A stretch of DNA of 63,910 nt, the filler included, from Craspedostauros australis (lineage: Eukaryota): assembly GCA_030167865.1 (NCBI GenBank). It is 21 parts of 21 records of this genome, joined end to end, with 100 filler letters (N's around TTAATTAATTAA, not from the genome) between each part and the next. Parts side by side here need not be neighbours in the genome. Positions count along the whole stretch, not along the records: positions 62,387 to 63,910 come from JALAGF010002222.1; 20 more parts are not named here. One strand, 5' to 3'. Positions 62,387 to 63,910 of the stretch are shown piece after piece. The notes beneath the pieces are model-generated. The model searched no databases, had not been told where the DNA came from, and saw only the letters and a list, made by a program, of their open reading frames with translations. How positions within the stretch are numbered: position 1 is the first letter of the stretch; each line of letters opens with the position of its first letter. Both the position numbers and the translations under genes were made by a program.

Positions 62387-63613
62387 GGTAGTCACAGTAC
62401 TACCAACAACAATGACCTGGCGGAAGCCATCAACGAGACGGAGATTGTGAAAGGCAAGTTCGCCGTCCAGCTGCGAATGAAGGAAATTCAGCTGGTNAGC
62501 AAGAGGAATCGTCCGAAGGATACCAGCGACTNCAGAAANCGCCCCAGAGCCACGCANGTGATGAGTGGGCAGTCGAAAACCCACATGTGCAGAGTGGCCA
62601 TGAAAGAGCTTTTTAACAACCGCTCTGACACGANCCGCATACTCGGGAAGCAAATGAGGTTCATGCCAGACGCTTTGGACAACAGGTTCGAGCATCCCCC
62701 GTCGGAACTCGCGAATTTGAGTAAAATGGCGGCCCACCAAAGGGAGTTTGAGAAGGTGATGAAGGTTCAGGGAGTGCATTCCATCCTGCAGCTGGATGTG
62801 GAGATCCCCATCTGGAGACTCACGCTTCGAGAGGTGGTCATGAATCTCAGGTCGTTCGAAGACCCAGACTATTCCCTCTTCGTTTTGGTCGACACAGATC
62901 GCAGTGACTGGACTCAGACGCACTTCGTATTTCACCCAAAAAGGAGGGTCGAGGCACACGAACTGATCTCGAAGCTTCCCTTCTTTTGCTTTAAAAAGCT
63001 TGACCACAGATGCCAAGGGTGGTTTACACCGCATGCTTGGGCACAGAACGAACACTACGATGTCGATTGGGAGTCTGGCCTAGTGTTGAGCAGAGAAGAG
63101 CAAGAGATGGGGCAGATGGTGCAAGCCGGGCCAAGATTCTTGAACCTCGATGAACATGAGGCAATGGGCATGACACCGGCGGAGATGGGGTGGGAAGGGT
63201 ATGTGGACGATCAAGGAAACATGAAGCCCGTTCCATTGCTGCAGTTCGAAGTGGAATTGACCGCCAATCCAAAATCACAGAACGGGGACAACTACACCGT
63301 GGGAACGTTCGCCACTGCCTCTCCAGCACAGCAGGCGAGCCATGTGGCACATGCAATTGCGAGTGCAGCGTCCAATAAGGCGGACAACCCAGGCACGTTT
63401 GCATCTGATCCAAGGGCCAAAGCTGACTACGACGTGGATCACCCGGAAACCATAATGGAGGGTCTGGCGGATGAGGAAGACGAGGAGGACGAGGATAGCT
63501 CAAGCAGCAAAGGGATGGACACAAAAGATCCACCCGTCGACGAATCGATCGACAATATGGACACCAGTTCCGAGAAATCCGACAGTGGCGATGGTGCCAC
63601 AGTGCAGGCGTAA
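62387..63613 (+). mobile_element. Probable ORF1 (C-terminal part) of an Ambal-like LINE
   Basis: TLREVVM..LFVLVD..HFVF..EA..LI..L..WFT pattern parallels TLGQFL..YIHDVH..HIVA..QA..II..I..WFS in 4112-4612; acidic tail; purine-rich strand bias; ambiguity Ns suggest a collapsed repeat. Confidence 0.55.
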
Positions 63614-63910
63614 TTGCCAGCGACGCCAGTGGATCAGGTACGCGCAACAGGTGTCGATCCAAAGGGATTCGGGCAAGCGAACAGGAATCCGGACGAAAGG
63701 TGGATAGAGACGAGACGGGAGAGAGAGACATCTCACCAAGTCCAGCCGTAAGGGGCGGCGAGTGCCAAAGCCAAATCAACAATACCGGCGAGCAACAAAA
63801 AAAAAGCGGGAGAAAGGGCCCAAGAGAACAGAGAACGGAGACGGTAACAATAACAGGAGACTACAAAAAGGACAACAGCAACAAGAACTACAACAACAAG
63901 AATTACAACA

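Overview
This window is not one locus. It is 21 short contigs joined by artificial 100-bp linkers (44 N + TTAATTAATTAA + 44 N, at 1954, 4007, 5547, 7101, 8314, 10261, 12061, 16288, 17454, 18970, 20965, 34448, 37304, 38975, 42518, 44050, 48426, 49700, 60733 and 62287), so adjacency across linkers means nothing. The DNA is eukaryotic (GT-AG introns) and most likely from a diatom; this is inferred from gene families: CoDi-type Copia elements, Ambal-like LINEs, CryptonS, an HA-repeat protein and a diatom-type CxxC domain. Most contigs are transposon debris with a strong CpG-to-TpG decay signature: LINE endonuclease/RT and ORF1 pieces, Copia gag/integrase/RT/RNase H, a high-copy LTR, a Harbinger-type transposase, a tyrosine recombinase and a TTAGGG-punctuated modular repeat. 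Host genes are a GHMP/galactokinase-like kinase, two paralogous secreted Cys-rich/PTSA mucin-like proteins, a fucosyltransferase-like GT, a Q-rich protein with a diatom-type domain, a sulfotransferase, an HA-repeat protein, RAD54, an HD-type hydrolase and the start of a STAND-like ATPase. There are two main leads. (i) A modular secreted C-x4-[S/T/A]-C solenoid plus PTSA-linker protein family, one member of which lies directly upstream of a fucosyltransferase-like gene (possible enzyme-substrate pair). (ii) A RAD54 with an atypical bromodomain inserted inside its C-terminal zinc module plus a terminal RanBP2 finger. No database searches were run; family assignments rest on motif recognition.
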